Shown here in pieces: positions 1-13,100 of a stretch of 64,000 nt of DNA. The stretch's first letter is position 1; each line of letters starts with the position of its first letter. This DNA is from Eutreptiella sp. 'Long Island Sound 2002'. Its lineage: Eukaryota > Protista > Euglenida. The DNA lies in contig OZ038378.1 of NCBI GenBank assembly GCA_964036045.1, positions 55,118,001 to 55,182,000 of the forward strand. Reading direction: 5' to 3'. Under the pieces are notes generated by a model, which ran no database searches, was not told where the DNA came from, and saw nothing but the letters and a program-made list of their open reading frames with translations. The translations under genes were made by a program, and so were the position numbers.

Positions 1-388
1 CTGTCATTTGACAGCCCCCCCCAACAACAACTACAACCCTCCCCTTTAACCCAGAGGCCAAACGCCTGAAAGGGTGCATACCGCTGATGTTTATCACATG
101 GCGATCCGGAAACCCATGGCCCTGTGTTCTGTTTCCCAAGTCTGTGGTGGTGACCACCCTTCAAAACTGGTGGAAACTTCGTGTGAAGCATGTTGGCACC
201 TCATGGAAGATGCCAAGTTGCAGCAGCAGCTGTGAGCAGACCGGCAGCTGCCCCATTCTCTCCTATCAAAAATCTGTTTCCCACCGTCCGTGGACAAGGA
301 ATGTAGGCATTTTCCTCCTGAAACCCCAAACAGCTGCGTACACCCGGCAGTACGAGCACACTAACTGAGCCTTGCACGCCTTCCCCAG

Positions 389-1132
389 ACCGAGGAGGTG
401 AAGGCGGGCCCGCCTGCACAGTTGGATTTCTCCGACGTACCCAAGGCTGTTGTGGAGGGCGAACCACAGCCGTTTGAGGTCCGTGTGTTGGACGACGCCG
501 GGAATCTGGTGACCGATGGTTTGCCGAAGGTGACGCTGCAACTGGCATCCGGCAAAGGGAAGCTCGGAGGCACTCTGGAGGCCATTGCCGAGAACGGCGT
601 GGCACGGTTCCCGGAGGTCACATACAACGGGGTGGACCCATTCACGGTGAAGGCAGTGTCCAAGGGTCTTCCGTCCAATACCGTGGCAGACCCGATTCCT
701 GTGGTCACCCCTCAAGGCCAGCCTGCGAGCGTCGAGTCAGCACAAGCGCTCGACACAATGGCGCGTGCACGCGACACAATGGCGCTGCTCAAACCGACAG
801 GCCCAGCTGCCAGCGCGGCAATGAAGCTGGAGGCCACTCCCCCGGCGTCTGGCATCGAGGCCGGCAAGCCCTTCACGGTCAAGGTGGCGTACAAGGACAA
901 GGACGGCGGGCTGGCCCCAGGGGCCGACCAGAAGGTCAGCGCCAAATTCGTTGCAGCGGACGGCACCGAAGTGCCGCTTTCAGGGCGCACCACCGTGTCT
1001 CCGTTGGACGGGGTCGCCACGTTCAAGGACCTGCAGCTCCCAAAGGGCGTGTCGCTGGTGGGTGGCAAGCTGCTGCTCACGGCGCCTGGGCTCGTGGGCT
1101 CTGCTATTAATGTCACTGAAGACGGATGTGAG
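389..1132 (+). CDS. Exon 1 in window (B domain + variant A domain)
   Basis: ccccag|ACC GAG GAG GTG ... TEEVKAGPPAQLDF...EDGCE|gtagat; 744 nt. An alternative in-frame donor at 1093 is less favoured. Confidence 0.75.
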
Positions 1133-4100
1133 GTAGATTCCACTGCCCTTTGTATTCATCGGCACACACCACTGCCTGCATACCCTCCCTGCCGCCCTCG
1201 GTCCAGTGTTAGCCATTTTCATCATCAGCCAGCAGTAGCCTCAGCCTTGGCGTGGGGAGAGGTCTCCCTTCTGCCGCGCCAGTGTGAACTGGAGGGATGG
1301 GGGACCTGGAAAACAGGCTTGAAAGGCCAGCCAAACATTATTTTCTCTGTTGACATTGTTTCACAGGAGATTTTTTTTGGAAGAAAATGGGCCCGAACCA
1401 GATTTGCCTCAACATTGTGTCAAATCGCTTTTTTGAATATTTTTTAGAAATCCTGCTTTTGGTGGGCCCAGCCTGTGCTATTCCAGGGGACGAGGTCCGG
1501 GAAACAGGTGCAAGGGCCCTCGTTCCGCGGAGTGACAAGGGACCGTGGGCCCTTACCGTCACCTTTACCCTCAGCCTCACCCACCCTGACAATGCCCATT
1601 GTATGCAGCTGCCCTTCAGCTGGGAAGCGACGCTGCTGGTGGACATTTTGAGAGGGATTCTGTTGGAAGGGCGACGGTTCATTGAGGGGCGCACGCCATC
1701 TGTGCGGTGGCCAGAGCTGCAGCAGGAGTGGTTTTCCCAAGAGCTTCTGGAGCAGGGCCAGGAGTTCTGGCAGTGCCATCTCTCAGCTGCTGCCAGGGGC
1801 AGAGAGGCTCACAGCGGCGTACCCTGACCTGCAACTGGGCAGTCACTGTGGGCCAGTTCACAGACAGTGCAAGTTGGGCAGCGCTGCCCTTACCTTCTTC
1901 ACAGTCATGGGCACTGGTGCCCTGTCATTTGACAGCCCCCCCCAACAACAACTACAACCCTCCCCTTTAACCCAGAGGCCAAACGCCTGAAAGGGTGCAT
2001 ACCGCTGATGTTTATCACATGGCGATCCGGAAACCCATGGCCCTGTGTTCTGTTTCCCAAGTCTGTGGTGGTGACCACCCTCCAAAACTGGTGGAAACTT
2101 CGTGTGAAGCATGTTGGCACCTCATGGAAGATGCCAAGTTGCAGCAGCAGCTGTGAGCAGACCGGCAGCTGCCCCATTCTCTCCTATCAAAAATCTGTTT
2201 CCCACCGTCCGTGGACAAGGAATGTAGGCATTTTCCTCCTGAAACCCCAAACAGCTGCGTACACCCGGCAGTACGAGCACACTAACTGAGCCTTGCACGC
2301 CTTCCCCAGACCGAGGAGGTGAAGGCGGGCCCGCCTGCACAGTTGGATTTCTCCGACGTACCCAAGGCTGTTGTGGAGGGCGAACCACAGCCGTTTGAGG
2401 TCCGTGTGTTGGACGACGCCGGGAATCTGGTGACCGATGGTTCGCCGAAGGTGACGCTGCAACTGGCATCCGGCAAAGGGAAGCTCGGAGGCACTCTGGA
2501 GGCCATTGCCGAGAACGGCGTGGCACGGTTCCCGGAGGTCACATACAACGGGGTGGACCCATTCACGGTGAAGGCAGTGTCCAAGGGTCTGCCGTCCAAT
2601 ACCGTGGCAGACCCGATTCCTGTGGTCACCCCTCAAGGCCAGCCTGCGAGCGTCGAGTCAGCACAAGCGCTCGACACAATGGCGCGTGCACGCGACACAA
2701 TGGCGCTGCTCAAACCGACAGGCCCAGCTGCCAGCGCGGCAATGAAGCTGGAGGCCACTCCCCCGGCGTCTGGCATCGAGGCCGGCAAGCCCTTCACGGT
2801 CAAGGTGGCGTACAAGGACAAGGACGGCGGGCTGGCCCCAGGGGCCGACCAGAAGGTCAGCGCCAAATTCGTTGCAGCGGACGGCACCGAAGTGCCGCTT
2901 TCAGGGCGCACCACCGTGTCTCCGTTGGACGGGGTCGCCACGTTCAAGGACCTGCAGCTCCCAAAGGGCGTGTCGCTGGTGGGTGGCAAGCTGCTGCTCA
3001 CGGCGCCTGGGCTCGTGGGCTCTGCTATTAATGTCACTGAAGACGGATGTGAGGTAGATTCCACTGCCCTTTGTATTCATCGGCACACACCACTGCCTGC
3101 ATACCCTCCCTGCCGCCCTCGGTCCAGTGTTAGCCATTTTCATCATCAGCCAGCAGTAGCCTCAGCCTTGGCGTGGGGAGAGGTCTCCCTTCTGCCGCGC
3201 CAGTGTGAACTGGAGGGATGGGGGACCTGGAAAACAGGCTTGAAAGGCCAGCCAAACATTATTTTCTCTGTTGACATTGTTTCACAGGAGATTTTTTTTG
3301 GAAGAAAATGGGCCCGAACCAGATTTGCCTCAACATTGTGTCAAATCGCTTTTTTGAATATTTTTTAGAAATCCTGCTTTTGGTGGGCCCAGCCTGTGCT
3401 ATTCCAGGGGACGAGGTCCGGGAAACAGGTGCAAGGGCCCTCGTTCCGCGGAGTGACAAGGGACCGTGGGCCCTTACCGTCACCTTTACCCTCAGCCTCA
3501 CCCACCCTGACAATGCCCATTGTATGCAGCTGCCCTTCAGCTGGGAAGCGACGCTGCTGGTGGACATTTTGAGAGGGATTCTGTTGGAAGGGCGACGGTT
3601 CATTGAGGGGCGCACGCCATCTGTGCGGTGGCCAGAGCTGCAGCAGGAGTGGTTTTCCCAAGAGCTTCTGGAGCAGGGCCAGGAGTTCTGGCAGTGCCAT
3701 CTCTCAGCTGCTGCCAGGGGCAGAGAGGCTCACAGCGGCGTACCCTGACCTGCAACTGGGCAGCCACTGTGGGACAGTTCACAGACAGTGCAAGTTGGGC
3801 AGCGCTGCCCTTACCTTCTTCACAGTCATGGGCACTCGTGCCCTCTCTATGTGTGTCCAATCGTAAGGAGATCCATTTCTGGATGATTTTGCAATTTTTT
3901 CAGTGAATTAGCCAATTGCTGACTGCATACCGAACGATATTTCATGTCCCTCGGCCCTCCCCCTAGGGATGTATTGCAACGGGTGAGGGGGTAGCCCCCC
4001 CAATGCACCCCTCCCCCATGACTCTGCCCCCTCCTCCTCTTCTAACGTGTAATTGAACACGGTAAACAGTGCGTTCACAAGTTTGGCCCCCCTTTTATCG

Positions 4101-7100
4101 GGGACACCCTGCACTTTGCACTTTGCACCGCCCTCCCCCTCCCCCCTCACCTGCTTTCGACTCTTCCAAGACAATACAGCTGTTAAACAATGCAACATAT
4201 GTTAAACACAGGGCGGCGGTAGATAGCGTCACTTCAAAAAGTTTTTCGGTCCGTGGCACGCCAAAAGTGTTCTTGTTGACATGAATGATGAACCACTTCT
4301 GGCCTGGCAAGTAGTCCCCCCTCACCCTCCCTCACCCTCATATCTTTTGCCATGGCTCGCCCTCACCCTGACCACAGACCGAGGAGGTGAAGGCGGGCCC
4401 GCCTGCGCAGTTGGATTTCTCCGACGTACCCAAGGCTGTTGTGGAGGGCGAACCACAGCCGTTTGAGGTCCGTGTGTTGGACGACGCCGGGAATCTGGTG
4501 ACCGATGGTTCGCCGAAGGTGACGCTGCAACTGGCATCCGGCAAAGGGAAGCTCGGAGGCACTCTGGAGGCCATTGCCGAGAACGGCGTGGCACGGTTCC
4601 CGGAGGTCACATACAACGGGGTGGACCCATTCACGGTGAAGGCAGTGTCCAAGGGTCTGCCGTCCAATACCGTGGCAGACCCGATTCCTGTGGTCACCCC
4701 TCAAGGCCAGCCTGCGAGCGTCGAGTCAGCACAAGCGCTCTCCAAGGCGCTCCAGAAGGCCGTGCCGCCCGGAAGCCCTGGGCCCGGGCAGTGGGGCGGG
4801 CCTGCAGCATACCCTGGCTGGTTGGAGGCTCTCACGGGCCCAGCGGGCGCTGCAACCAAGGTTGTGGTGCAGCCTCTCAAGGACCCGGCCCAGCCCGGCA
4901 AGCCTTTCGCAGTGGACGTGGAGCTGTGCGACCCCGCTGGCAACATTGTGCAGGGGGCGGCGACCCCGATCACGCTCCGGGCTGTGAAGAAGGACGGCAG
5001 CCCGGTTCCGCTTAACGGGACTTCTACAATGGTCCTCTCCTCCCCAGGCATCCTGCATCTAACCCCCCCCCCCCCTTGTTCCTTTCATCCGCCATGTCAG
5101 TTTTCCACTTCCGTAAGCCTCATTGTCGCCTTGTTCTATTGTGTCCCTCCGCCTCCCTGCCACCTGGTTATCTCGGCATCAACGCACCCAAGCGATTCGT
5201 TGATGCGTCCCTCTTCCTACTTCTGACAAATCTCTCTGTTGCGACTAGTCGCCCACCGCCCAGTGCCTGCCTCCTGCATGAGCACCATGAAGGCTGGCGG
5301 TAGATTTTGTAGAAGCGAGCCCGATTAGGGAGGGAGGGACGGACAGAGAGATTCCTTTGGTGGGTGTTGCAGCCCTTCACACAGGTTTGTGTGCACTGCA
5401 TGCCCCCCTGGGTTGCATGCTCTGGCGCTCTCTGCCTGTGTTGGGCATGTTGGGGACACGCAGTCTGTGTGCCTCCATGCGGAGGGTTAAGTGCCTCCAT
5501 ATGGAGGGTTTTGCACCGCAATGTGGAGCAGATTGTGCTCAGGGCTTTGTGAGGGCTTTGTGCCTCCTTGGGGAGGACTTGGGGCCTCCACTCGGAGGAG
5601 AATGTGCCTGGCCTCAGTGGTGTGTAGCCGCAGTCCTGTGTTGTGGCCAGCAGCATTTTTAGCAAGCACGTGCAGCACCCCAGTATAGTGAGACCCTGGC
5701 CTTGGTACCAATTGAGGGGGTATCGGGGTTGATGTTGCTTTTTTTGTTTGTTGTTTTGCACGTGCTGGTGCTTGTCGTGCTGCTGTACAAAACTCGTTGC
5801 TCTCTTCAAGGGTGTTTTATGTGAGCGCACGTTGCTCTGGCATTCCTACCTCGGGCAAGCACACTACCAGGCAGGTGGGGGGCATGGGTTGGATGATGCC
5901 CTCCCTCTAGCAATGCACAGGCTCAGCACTCGAATCCCAGAACCCCTTGCACCTAGTTAGCCACTATGTGCTCTCATGTTGCTCCCTTCAGCGGGGTTTG
6001 GGACCGCTGCCCAGGAGGGTGCTCTCTGTTGTACGGCGTGGGCGGTTTGAGGTAAAGACCCAGGCAGCTCTGTCCACTCGGTTGCGAGGAGGGTGCGCCG
6101 CCTGTGGTGGATATGGGCTCAGGTAGCGGCATCTGTTGTCGCCTAACTCAGGTGGCGACATAATCGTCTCACCCATGAGGCTCAGCATACACACCAGGGC
6201 ACCCCCCTCCCCCCCTCCCTCTCTTCCTCCCTCCCTCCGTCCATCCTCCAAGATGCCGTTCGATGGCACCGCCACTTTCCGAGACGTGACCCTCCCGGAC
6301 GATGTCGACCCTGACGACATACTGCTGACTGCAACGGCGCCAGGACTCGCGCCCTCGCCTGGCATCCCTGCGTCTGGCGGAGAGGCCGTCGACTACTGCC
6401 CGTTAAAGCTGGCACCTACACAGCTTGCGATCTCCAGCGCTCCGGCTGGGCTCGTCGCCGCTGGGGCACCGATGCGGTACGAGGTGTGTGTGATTCGCGG
6501 ACCAATGCGTTTGACGCATTAGCCAAATACCCCCTAATCATCTGTGCACAATACAACAAGCGGCCGGTTGTAGTGATTGTCTTTCGGCCTGCCCCCACCC
6601 AAACCGCGCACTACCCTCCCTTTCTGCCCCCTTTCTGCAACGCGCCAGATGTGAGGATAAATTGATGCTAGCCGAGCCTCTGCCACCACGACGGGCAACA
6701 TATGGTGATCGTCAGCGTTTGGCAGTCCACCAACAACGGCCGGCCGGCACCCGCCATCGCCAGCATTTGGCCCGTGATCACCAGTTAATGTTGTAATTCG
6801 TGTAATTTTTTTTTTGCGGGAAATGCGTGCAACAAAAAAAATTGTCTAGTCGAGTATTTTTTTTTTGTGGTAAGTCGTGTAAGCCTGTCACACGCATTGC
6901 CGCAAAAAAAAATGCACGACTTGACGATTTTTTTTGTTGCATGTGTTTCCCGCAAAAAAAAAATTACACGACATGACGATTTCTTTCTACGCGCGTTTAC
7001 CGCAAAAATACAAAAATTACACGACCTTCCCACAAAGAAACAATTGCCAATTTTACTGAAAATGCATGCCTGTAGGCAATGTGCCCACCTGTGGGCCACT

Positions 7101-10100
7101 TCTGATTTTTTCCCTGCGCAGGGGTGACGTAGGATTTCTGCCCTCTTCTGCAGGGGGGGGGGGAAATTGAGGCCCGCAATTTTTCGCAATTTTCCGCAAT
7201 TTCGCAATTTTTCGCAATTTTCCGCAATTTTTCGCAATTTTCCGCAATTTTCCGCAATTTTTCCGCAATTTTTCACACTTCCCGATTTTCTGACCGCCTC
7301 CCCACGCTGGTGCAGAACAATGAGAATTTTTTTTTTTTACTATTCCATACACTCTCAAATGTTGCAAAGTCACCAGAACCTGGTATAGCTCAATTGGTAG
7401 TACCACTGCACTGTAGTTCCAGGGTCCTGGGTTCAAACCCAGTTGGGCACAATATGGTTACCTTCGCTTTTTTGGTCTTTTTACCTTCGCTTTTTTGGTC
7501 TTTTTCATGCCTGCATGTTCGCATGTTTGCATGTGCATGTCCGATGTGCCAGAGATTGCAGAGCAATGGAGCCTATACATCCGTTGCAAAGTTGTTGATA
7601 TAAATGGGCCAACTGCTTTGCAGGAATGGTGGCAATCTCGTGCCCCTTCACCGTTCCAAGAGAGGGTGCTGTTCTTGATTACGCAGCCCACTTCTGGTGG
7701 TGATGTGGAACGCTTTTTCTCACAGTGTAGGACAGTTTCAAAGCGGCAGCACAAATTGGATGACAACATCCGCCGCCTTCGGTTCATGCTGCAATTCCAC
7801 GGTGATATTGAGGGGCGCCTCCTGTAAGTGTACTGCCCATAGACTATTTGTTTCAGTGAAATTCTGAGAATTCTGAGCCACCTGTCCAGAGTTGTTGCAC
7901 CTTGAGGGTTCAGGAGGGCCGCTTACGACATCGCAATTTTCCCGCCATTTTCCGCAATTTTCCGCAATTTTCCGCAATTTTTCCGCAATTTTTCCGCAAT
8001 TTTTCGCAATTGGATTCGACCCCCCCAGACCGCAATTTCCCCCCCCCCCCCCTGCTCTTCTGGCCACTGAGAAGGCAAGGCTGAGGTAGCCACTTCTGAT
8101 TTTGTCCCCCTTTCTTTGGGGATCCCCGAAATGCAGGGGTGACTAAGCATTTCCACCCTCTTTTGGGCCCCCAAAAAAGCAGGGGTGAGGCACCCACTTC
8201 TGATTCTGTCCCCCGTTGCAGGGCGGGCCCTCAGGAACCAGGTTTTTTTTTTGCTAAGGTTAGCTTAGGGACTCGCAAGCCACGCTTTGTTGCGTGGCCC
8301 CTTGAGTTGGGGTTAGGGACTCTCAATCCACGCTTTGTTGCGTGGCCCTTTGAGTTGGGGTTAGGGACTCTCAATCCACGCTTTGTTGCGTGGCCCTTTG
8401 AGTTCGGGTTAGGGACTCTCAATCCACGCTTTGTTGCGTGGCCCCTTGAGTTGGGGTTAGGGATTCTCAATCCACGCTTTGTTGCGTGGCCCCTTGAGTT
8501 CGGGTTAGGGACTCGCAATCCACAACTCGTTGCGTGGCCCTTTGAGTTGAGGTGAGGGACTCACAATCCACGCTTTGTTGCGTGGCCCCTCGAGTTGGGG
8601 TGACAGACTCTCAATCCACGCTTTGTTGCGTGGCCCCTTGAGTTGGGGTTAGGGACTCGCAATCCACGCTTCGTGGCATGGCCCCTTGAGTTGGGGTTAG
8701 GGACTCTCGATCCACGCTTTGTTGCGTGGGCCCTTGACTTGGGGTTAGAGACTTGCAATCCACGCTTCATTGCCTGGCCCCTTGAGTTGGAGTTAGGGAC
8801 TCGTAATCCACGCTTTCTTGCATGGCCCATTGAGTTGGGGTTAGGGATTCTCAATCCACCCTTTGTTGCATGGCCCATTGAGTTGGGGTTAGGGATTCTC
8901 AATCCACGCTTTGTTGCGTGGGCCCTTGACTTGGGGTTAGGGACTTGCAATCCACGCTTTTTTGCGTGGCCCCTTGAGTTGGGGTTGGGGATTCACAATC
9001 CACGCTTTCTTGTGTGGCCCCTTGAGTTGGGGTTAGGGACTCGTAATCCACGCTTCATTGCCGGGCCCCTTGAGTTGGGGTTAGGGACTCGTAATCCACG
9101 CTTTGTTGCGTGGCCCCTTGAGTTGTGGTTAGGGACTCGCAATCCACGCTTTCTTGCATGGCCCATTGAGTTGGGGTTAGGGATTCTCAATCCACGCTTT
9201 GTTGCGTGGGCCCTTGACTTGGGGTTAGGGACTTGCAATCCACGCTTTTTTGCGTGGCCCCTTGAGTTGGGGTTGGGGATTCACAATCCACGCTTTCTTG
9301 TGTGGCCCCTTGAGTTGGGGTTAGGGACTCGTAATCCACGCTTTGTTGCGTGGCCCCTTGAGTTGTGGTTAGGGACTCGCAATCCACGCTTTCTTGCGTG
9401 GCCCCTTGAGTTGGGGTTAGGGATTCTCAATCCACGTTTTATTGCGTGGGCCCTTGACTTGGGGCTAGGGACTTGCAATCCACGCTTCGTTGTATGGCCC
9501 CTTGAGTTGAGATTAGGGACTCGCAATCCACGCTTTGTTGTGTGTCCCCTTGAGTTGGGATTAGGGGTTCGCAATCCACGCTTTGTTGTGTGGCCCCTTG
9601 AGTTGGGGTTTAGGGACTCGCAATCCACGCTTTGTTGTGTGGCCCCTTGAGTTGTGGTTAGGGACTCTCAATCCACTCTTTGTTGCGTGGACCCTTTAAT
9701 TGTTGTTAGGGACTCTCAATCCACGCTTTGTTGTGTGGCCCCTTGAGTTGGGGTTAGGGACCCACAATCCACGTTTCGTTGCGTGGCCCCTTGAGTTGGG
9801 GCTAGGGATTCTCAATCCACGCTTTTTTTGAGTGGCCCCTTGAGCTGGGGTTAGGGGTTCGCAATCCACGCTTTGTTGCCTGGCCCCTTGAGTTGGAGTT
9901 AGGGGTTCGCAATCCACATGTTGTTGCGTTGCCCCTTGAGTTGGGGTTAGGAACTCTCAATCCACGCTTTATTACGTGGCCCCTTGAGTTGGGGTTAGGG
10001 ACTCGCAATCCACGCTTTGTTGCGTGGCTCTTTCACTTGGGGTTAGGGACTCTCAATCCACGCAATGTTGTGTGGCCCCTTGAGTTGGGGTTAGCAACTC

Positions 10101-13100
10101 TCAATCCGAGCTTTTTTTGCGTGGCCCCTTGAGCAGAGATTAGGGACTCTCAATCCACGCTTTTTTGCGTGGCCCCTTGAATTGGGGTTTAGGGACTTGC
10201 AATCCACGCTTTGTTGTGTGGCCCCTTGAGTTGGGGTTAGGGGTTCACAATCCATGCTTTGTTGTGTGGCCCCTCGAGTTGTGGTTAGGGATTCTCAATC
10301 CACTCTTTGTTGCGTGGTCCCTTTAGTTGTTGTCCGGGACTCTCAATCCACGCTTGGTTGTGTGGCCCCTTGAGTTGGGGTTAGGGACTCACAATCCACG
10401 CTTGGTTGTGTGGCCCCTTGAGTGGAGATTAGGGACTCGCAATCCACGCTTTGTTGTGTGGCCCCTCGAATCGGGGTTAGGGGTTCGCAATCCACGCTTT
10501 GTTGTGTGGGCCTTTCAGTTGGGGTTAGGGACTCGCAATCCACGCTTTGTTGCGTGGCCCCTTGAGTTGGGGTTAGTGATTGGCAATCCACGCTTTATTA
10601 CGCGGCCCCTTGAGTTGGGGTTAGGGGTTCGCAACCCACGCTTTGTTGCGTGGCCCTTTCGCTTGGAGTTAGGGACTCTCAATCCACATGTTGATGCGTG
10701 GCCCCTTGAGTTGAGGTTAGGAACTCTCAAGCCACGCTTTATTACGTGGCCCCTTGAGTTGGGGTTAGGGACTCGCATTCCACGCTTTGTTGCGTGGCCC
10801 CTTGAGTTGGGGTTAGGGACTCTCAATCCACGCTTTGTTGTGTGGCCCCTTTGAGTTGGGGTTAGGGACTCACAATCCACGCTTTCGTTGCGCGGCCCCT
10901 TGAGTTCGGGTTAGGGACTCTCAATCCACGCTATGTTGTGTGGCCCCTTGAGTTGGGGTTAGGGGTTCTCAATCCACGCTTTGTTGTGTGGCCCCTCGAG
11001 TTGGGGTTAGGGACTCACAACGCACGTTTCGTTGTGTGGCCCCTTGAGTTGTGGTTAGGGACCGTCAATCCACGCTATGTTGCGTGGCCTCTTGAGTTGG
11101 GGTTAGGGGTTCGCAATCCACGCTTTGTTGCGTGGGCGCTTGAATTGGGGTTAGGGACTCTCAATCTACACTTTTTTTGAGTCGCCCCTTGAGTTGAGAT
11201 TAGGGACTCGCAATCCACGCTTTTTCGCGTGGCCCCTTGAGTTGGGGTTGGGGACTCGCAATCCAAGCTTTGTTGTGTGGCCCTTTCAGTTGGGGTTACG
11301 GACTCTCAATCCACATGTTGATGCGTGGCCCCTTGAGTTGGGGTTAGGAACTCTCAATCCACGCTTTATTACGTGGCCCCTTGAGTTGGGGTTAGGGACT
11401 TGCAATCCACGCTTTTTTGCGTGGCCCCTTCAGTTGGGGTTAGGGGTTCCCAATCCACGCTTTGTTGTGTGGCCCCTTTGAGTTGGGGTTAGGAACTCTC
11501 AATGCACGCTTTATTACGTGGCCCCTTGAGTTGGGGCTAGGGACTCGCAATCCACGCTTTGTTGCCTGGCCCCTCGAGTTGGGGCTAGGGGTTCGCAATC
11601 CACGCTTTGTTGCGTGGCCTCTTGAGTTGGGGTTAGGGACTCTCAATCCACGCTTTGTTGCGTGGCCGCTTCAGTTGGGGTTAGGGGTTCACAATCCACG
11701 CTTTATTGTGTGGCCCTTTCAGTTGGGGTTACGGTGTCTTAATCGACATGTTGATGCGTCGGCCCTTGAGTTGGGGTTAGGAACTCTCAATCCACGCTTT
11801 TTACGTGGCCCCTTGAGTTGGGGTTAGGGAATCACAATCCACGCTTTGTTGCGCTGCCCGTTGAGTTGGGGTTAAGGACTCGCAATCCACGCTTTGTTGC
11901 GTGGGCCCTTGAGTTGGGGTTGGGGAATTTCAATCCATGCCTTGTTGTGTGTTACCTTGAGTTGGGGTTAGGGACTCTCTATCCACGCTTTGTTGCGTGG
12001 CCCCTTGAGTTGGGGTTAGGGACTCGCCATCCACGCTTTGTTGCATGGGCCCGCAAGTTGGGGTTGGGGACTTTCAATCCACACTCTTTTGCGTGGCCCC
12101 TTGAGTTGGGGTTAGGGACTCTCAATCCACGCTTTGTTGTGTGGCCCCTCGAGTTGGGGTTAGGGACTCTCTATCCACGCTTTGTTGCGTGGCCCCTTGA
12201 CTTGGGGTCAGGGACTCACAATCCACACTTTGTTGCATGGGCCCTTGAGTAGGGGTTTAGGGACTCGCAATCCATGCTTTTTTGCATGGCCCCTCGAGTT
12301 GGGGTTAGGGACTCTCTATCCACGCTTTGTTGCGTGGCCCCTTGAGTTGGGGTTAGGGACTCTCAATCCACGCTTTGTTGCGTGGCGCCTTGAGTTGGGG
12401 TTAGTGACTCACAATCCACGCTTTGTTGTGTGGCCCATTGAGTTGGGGTTAGGGACTCTCAATCCACACTTTGTTGCGTGGTCTTTTGAGTTCTGGTTAG
12501 GGACTCACCATCCACGCTTTGTTGCGTGGCCCCTTGAGTTGGGGTTAGGGACTCGCAATCCACACTTTGTTGCGTGGGCTCTTGAGTTGGGGTTGGGGAC
12601 TCGCAATCCACACTTTGTTGCGTGGGCTCTTGAGTTGGGGTTGGGGACTCTCAATCCACATGTTGATGCGTGGCCCCTTGAGTTGAGGTTAGGGACCCAC
12701 AATGCATGCTTTGTTGCGTGGCCAATAGAATTGGGGTTAGAGATTCTCAACCCACGCTTTCTTGCGTGGCCCCTTGAGTTGGGATTAGGGACTCACAAAC
12801 CACACTTTGTTGTGTGGCCCCTTGAGTTGGGGTTAGGGTCTCACAATCCACGCTTTGTAGCGTGGCCCCTTGAGTTGGGGTTTAGGGACTCGCAATCCAC
12901 GCTTTGTTGCGTGGCCCCTTGAGTTGGGGTTAGGGAATTACAATCCACGCTTTGTTGTCTGGCCCTTTGAGTTGGGGTTAGGGACCCACAATTCACACTT
13001 TGTTGCGTGGCCCCTTGAGTTGGGGTTAGGGACTCGCCATCCACGATTTGTTGTGTGGCCCCTTGAGTTGGGGTTCGGGAATCACAATCCACGCTTTGTT

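Larger units (their letters stand above)
1..3844. repeat. Two near-identical 1,921-bp tandem units, each holding one exon plus intron sequence
   Basis: Position n matches n+1921; about six substitutions seen by eye (161, 522, 670, 1843, 1853, 1916); identity stops near 3844. Confidence 0.95.
7151..8054 (+). mobile_element. Non-autonomous hAT DNA transposon (904 bp)
   Basis: TIRs CAG(G)nAAATTG / CAATTT(C)nTG; perfect 8-bp TSD CTCTTCTG (7143-7150 and 8055-8062); subterminal (CCGCAATTTT)n arrays; internal hAT dimerisation-domain remnant. Confidence 0.9.

Noticed and set aside
1093-1095. Donor CTC|gtgggc for exons 1 and 2
   Set aside because: It is in frame, but all other exons end in G, and the 1132 donor retains the Cys seen at the end of other A domains. 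It is not excluded without cDNA.
398-1447. ORF-track 349-aa proteins and similar read-through ORFs (4387-5226, 20762-22039, 59007-59642)
   Set aside because: Repeat homology and GC3-rich codon usage stop at GT donors; the tails are intron read-through.
1387-1990. Possible additional exon or captured gene within the duplicated intron
   Set aside because: Overlapping short ORFs appear in several frames, with no match to the A/B modules and no convincing splice-site pair.
7379-7449. Functional tRNA-Tyr gene
   Set aside because: The acceptor stem is unpaired, the D and anticodon stems are mismatched, there is no clear Pol III terminator, and it lies within a transposon.
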